From a virus (taxonomy: Duplodnaviria > Caudoviricetes), in IMG/VR virus record IMGVR_UViG_3300033485_000032, positions 1 to 45,027 of that record: DNA of 45,027 bases; one strand, written 5' to 3'. Both the position numbers and the translations under genes were made by a program. Of the stretch, positions 42,400-45,027 are shown piece after piece. Under the pieces are notes generated by a model. The model did not search any database and had not been told where the DNA came from. It saw only the letters and a list, made by a program, of their open reading frames with translations. Positions within the stretch are counted from its first letter, which is position 1, and each line of letters opens with the position of its first letter.

Positions 42400-43590
42400 G
42401 TGAAAAACTGGAACTGGAAACTGATCGGCAGGATCGCTGAGGTGGTTGGCATCGCCCTGGCCGTTACCTTATCCGTTGTCGCCCTTTTCAACACCGTTAA
42501 CCAGCCCATCGTCCAGGGAGGCGGAGTGCAGCGGTTTGACAACCTGCAAACCAGGACGATCAAGGTTTTCAACGCCAGCGACCTTTATGGCGAAACGGTC
42601 ATCCAGGACGGCGGCGTCCTGACCATCAAGAGCGGCGGCGTGTTCACGACGGAATCCGGTTCGAGCGTCAACCTGGGCAACGTCCAGGCTCAGGTCGGCG
42701 ATTTCACCAGCCTGCACGCGACGACCGCGACCATTGACACAATCGAGTACGTTACGAAAACCAGCGCGCTGCGCATCGAGGCGGAGGAAATCATCGGCGG
42801 TTACGTGGAGGCTGGCGAGTTTCGTACCAGCACGACCGCCACGTTTGACGACGGCGCGAACGTGACCGGGACGCTCCGTGTCAACACCGTCAACCCTCTG
42901 ACCGGAAACAGCGTCATCGTTTCGGCGGGCACGGCTACCGGGACGGTGTACGCCCGCGACAACCTGGCCGTAGGCGTAGGAATGCCTCCGACTCTGAACG
43001 GTGGAGACCTGTGGGCCGCCGGAGATATTTACGCGGATGGAAGCATCAGCGGGCAGGTCGTCACAGCAACCAGCCGGGTCGTTTTGAAGGCGGCGAACAG
43101 TTGCGCGGGAGGAAACTTGCCGCTGCAAATGGCCGGCGACGCGGACACCGGTATCTGTAGCGAGACGAGCAACTACCTGAACCTGTGCGTGGGCGGGGAC
43201 TGTAGCCTGCAAATCGGTTCGGGCGGTTTGTACCTGACGCGGAACGTGACGACCCTCGGGCAGAGTGTTTGGGGGATGGACTTTTACACGCTCACCGGAT
43301 CGACCATCATCACGCCATCAGCGAATTTCTCCGTTGCTCACCTGCACGCCGCATCCCCTCAAAATGTGACGCTCTTTTACCCGAACTCCAACCCATTTCT
43401 TTTCGCCGAGTACATGTGCTTGACCGGAAGCTCGACAACCGCCAGCATTTCGATCCAGGTTGCCCAGTCCGGCGGCGGAAGCGTCAGAAACCTGACAGGA
43501 AACCCGGAAACGCTTGGCCCATACGACGTTATCTGCTACATGGGCATTATGGGCGAGTGGAGAAAATTGTCCGGCAGCGCGAACCAGTAA
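42400..43590 (+). CDS. Fibre-like beta-rich protein with N-terminal signal/TM segment
   Basis: AGGAGG RBS; basic N-terminus then IAEVVGIALAVTLSVVALF; G/T/S-rich beta-repeat body. Confidence 0.7.
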   Translation: MKNWNWKLIGRIAEVVGIALAVTLSVVALFNTVNQPIVQGGGVQRFDNLQTRTIKVFNASDLYGETVIQDGGVLTIKSGGVFTTESGSSVNLGNVQAQVGDFTSLHATTATIDTIEYVTKTSALRIEAEEIIGGYVEAGEFRTSTTATFDDGANVTGTLRVNTVNPLTGNSVIVSAGTATGTVYARDNLAVGVGMPPTLNGGDLWAAGDIYADGSISGQVVTATSRVVLKAANSCAGGNLPLQMAGDADTGICSETSNYLNLCVGGDCSLQIGSGGLYLTRNVTTLGQSVWGMDFYTLTGSTIITPSANFSVAHLHAASPQNVTLFYPNSNPFLFAEYMCLTGSSTTASISIQVAQSGGGSVRNLTGNPETLGPYDVICYMGIMGEWRKLSGSANQ

Positions 43591-43658
43591 CCACCGCGCT
43601 TTGATTACGTCCCTCGGTTTCCTCAGCGAGACCGGGGGACGAGGAACAGGAACAGGGA

Positions 43659-44093
43659 ATGGCGACACGGGCAGAAGCAGAACAAGAGACCGTCAGCAGG
43701 CTTTCCGGCTTCATGTCGGCTGTCGGCATGGCCGTCACATACGCCGGAAGCAACTCCGACTTGAACAGCCCTATCGGGTGGGCGGTCCGCACTGCCGGCG
43801 GGACGGTTGGGGACATCAGCAACGTGACGGACGCCGACGTTGCAACAGTATCGTCCGCCAAACTTGACGACTTCCTGGACCTGGTAGAACTGCGAACGAT
43901 AGAGAGTTGCATGGGGAGGAACGTCCTTGTCGACATCAGTGCCAGCGCCCACCGGCAAAGCCTGGGGCAGATCGGGGATAGGATGGCGTCGCGGGCTGAG
44001 GCGCTACGCCGGTCTCTTGGAAAATACCTGGCCGGAAATATCACCGCCGGAAGCGTATTCCACGACTACATTCAAGACCTGGGAGTCGAATGA
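43659..44093 (+). CDS. Putative head-tail connector
   Basis: 144 aa, helical, in head-completion position. Call is from synteny. Confidence 0.55.
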   Translation: MATRAEAEQETVSRLSGFMSAVGMAVTYAGSNSDLNSPIGWAVRTAGGTVGDISNVTDADVATVSSAKLDDFLDLVELRTIESCMGRNVLVDISASAHRQSLGQIGDRMASRAEALRRSLGKYLAGNITAGSVFHDYIQDLGVE

Positions 44094-44620
44094 GGCCGAC
44101 CGTGCTCCTCTACTGCTGCAAGTCGTGGGCCTTTAACAACTGGTTGGGGCTGTGGAGGGCTGGCGTGATGGTCCGCCCACTGACCTGTCCACCGCTGAAC
44201 TCTGCCTCATTCCCATACTGGAAAATGGACGCCGCGTCACTGGTGTACGTTGCCCTTCACGGCATGGAAGGCGTAGAGGACGTGCTGGTTGGAGACGATA
44301 GAATACCGGCCTTGTCGTCTAATCGCATCAAGGATATGGGTGGTATTTTTGCTACCGGTGGGCAGGTCGTAATCCTTGAGGGATGTTTCGGCCTCTCGAC
44401 GGCTTTCCCCCAAGCATTCATCGACGCGGGGGCGGAGGTAGTCATTGGCGCACGCACCCCAACGGTTGACCGCCGCGTTACTCTTGGGCCAGCGGGTAAG
44501 GCCGGATCCCGGGCCGTCCGCGTTCTACTGAATTGTGGCACGGTAGCCCAGGCTGTGACCGCTGCTGGCGGTCTTTTCGAGGCGGTTGGAGACCTGTCTG
44601 CCCGGCTGAGGTTAAAGTGA
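44090..44620 (+). CDS. Caspase-hemoglobinase (CHAT/C25-like) fold cysteine peptidase
   Basis: LVYVALHG (His57), VVILEGC (Cys99), AFIDAGAEVVIG and terminal VGD match the clan CD pattern. Confidence 0.7.
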   Translation: MRPTVLLYCCKSWAFNNWLGLWRAGVMVRPLTCPPLNSASFPYWKMDAASLVYVALHGMEGVEDVLVGDDRIPALSSNRIKDMGGIFATGGQVVILEGCFGLSTAFPQAFIDAGAEVVIGARTPTVDRRVTLGPAGKAGSRAVRVLLNCGTVAQAVTAAGGLFEAVGDLSARLRLK

Positions 44621-44988
44621 GCAACCCGTCACTAAAGTTCTTGGCTTCCAGCCCGTCATTCACTTACTTGGCGACCGTTTCGGCTTCTACGAAGAAGCCG
44701 CCAGCGTCAGAGGATGGGCAGCGTGGTGGGGTAGGTAATGGGTTGTCTGGTTTGAAATGCCTACCCCTGCAAGGAGTGCAACCAGAGGTCGCCATGATGT
44801 ATGCGGCGGCAATGGGGATGGTTTTCTGGACTGCTGTGCAGGGATCGCCAGACATAGAGGCGGGAGACGTTCTGGTGGTGGGCGATAAGGAGTACCCCAT
44901 CAGATCGGCGGAAAAAGTTTTTTCAGGCGACGATGGCGAATACTCGCTCGTCTCTCTGTTCGTAGAGGAGATCAAGACGCCGCTATGA
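44617..44988 (+). CDS. Putative head-closure protein
   Basis: GTGA overlap start; DIEAGDVLVVGDKEY.I motif typical of head-tail joining proteins. Confidence 0.6.
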   Translation: MSNPSLKFLASSPSFTYLATVSASTKKPPASEDGQRGGVGNGLSGLKCLPLQGVQPEVAMMYAAAMGMVFWTAVQGSPDIEAGDVLVVGDKEYPIRSAEKVFSGDDGEYSLVSLFVEEIKTPL

Positions 44989-45027
44989 CTGAGTCAATAC
45001 GGGGGCTGCAAGAACTTCAGCGTGATA
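44985..45027 (+). CDS. 5' end of the tail-completion gene (continues at position 1)
   Basis: MTESIRGLQELQRD, ATGA overlap; IxGLxEL is a typical gp10-like start. Confidence 0.65.
   Translation, partial: MTESIRGLQELQRD

Noticed and set aside
1-45027. Stop-codon reassignment or suppressor tRNA
   Set aside because: Core genes are full length in the standard code, TAA, TAG and TGA all end genes, and no tRNA has a clear CTA/TCA/TTA anticodon in a canonical loop.

Overview
The window is an essentially complete ~45 kb tailed dsDNA phage genome with siphovirus-like organisation and high GC. It is apparently circularly permuted: the ORF starting at 44985 continues in frame into position 1. The + strand carries the late arm: holin-like and C39-like peptidase genes, a VRR-NUC nuclease, a ParB-methylase, terminase, portal, minor head protein, scaffold, capsid, head-tail genes, tail tube, frameshifted tail chaperone, tape measure and tail-tip genes (30885-45027 and 1-11532). 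The - strand carries the early/middle arm (11425-30662): two DNA methyltransferases, a TGT/DpdA-like gene with a VUT/YhhQ transporter, an iteron-containing replication initiator with a DnaC-like loader, DUF5131, a Gp3-like recombination protein and many small ORFs. I see no integrase, CI-type repressor, reverse transcriptase or CRISPR array. A Chloroflexota-like host is inferred, not shown. The most unusual items are: a caspase/CHAT-fold protease inside the head-tail module; two structural-module genes with signal/TM N-termini; an adjacent gene pair sharing a C-terminal/N-terminal amyloid-like motif; several tRNA-like RNAs with intact elbows but rebuilt anticodon arms; a salvage-only deazaguanine module; and a domain shared between two methyltransferases. 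All functional calls come from motifs read by eye and from gene order, with no database searches.
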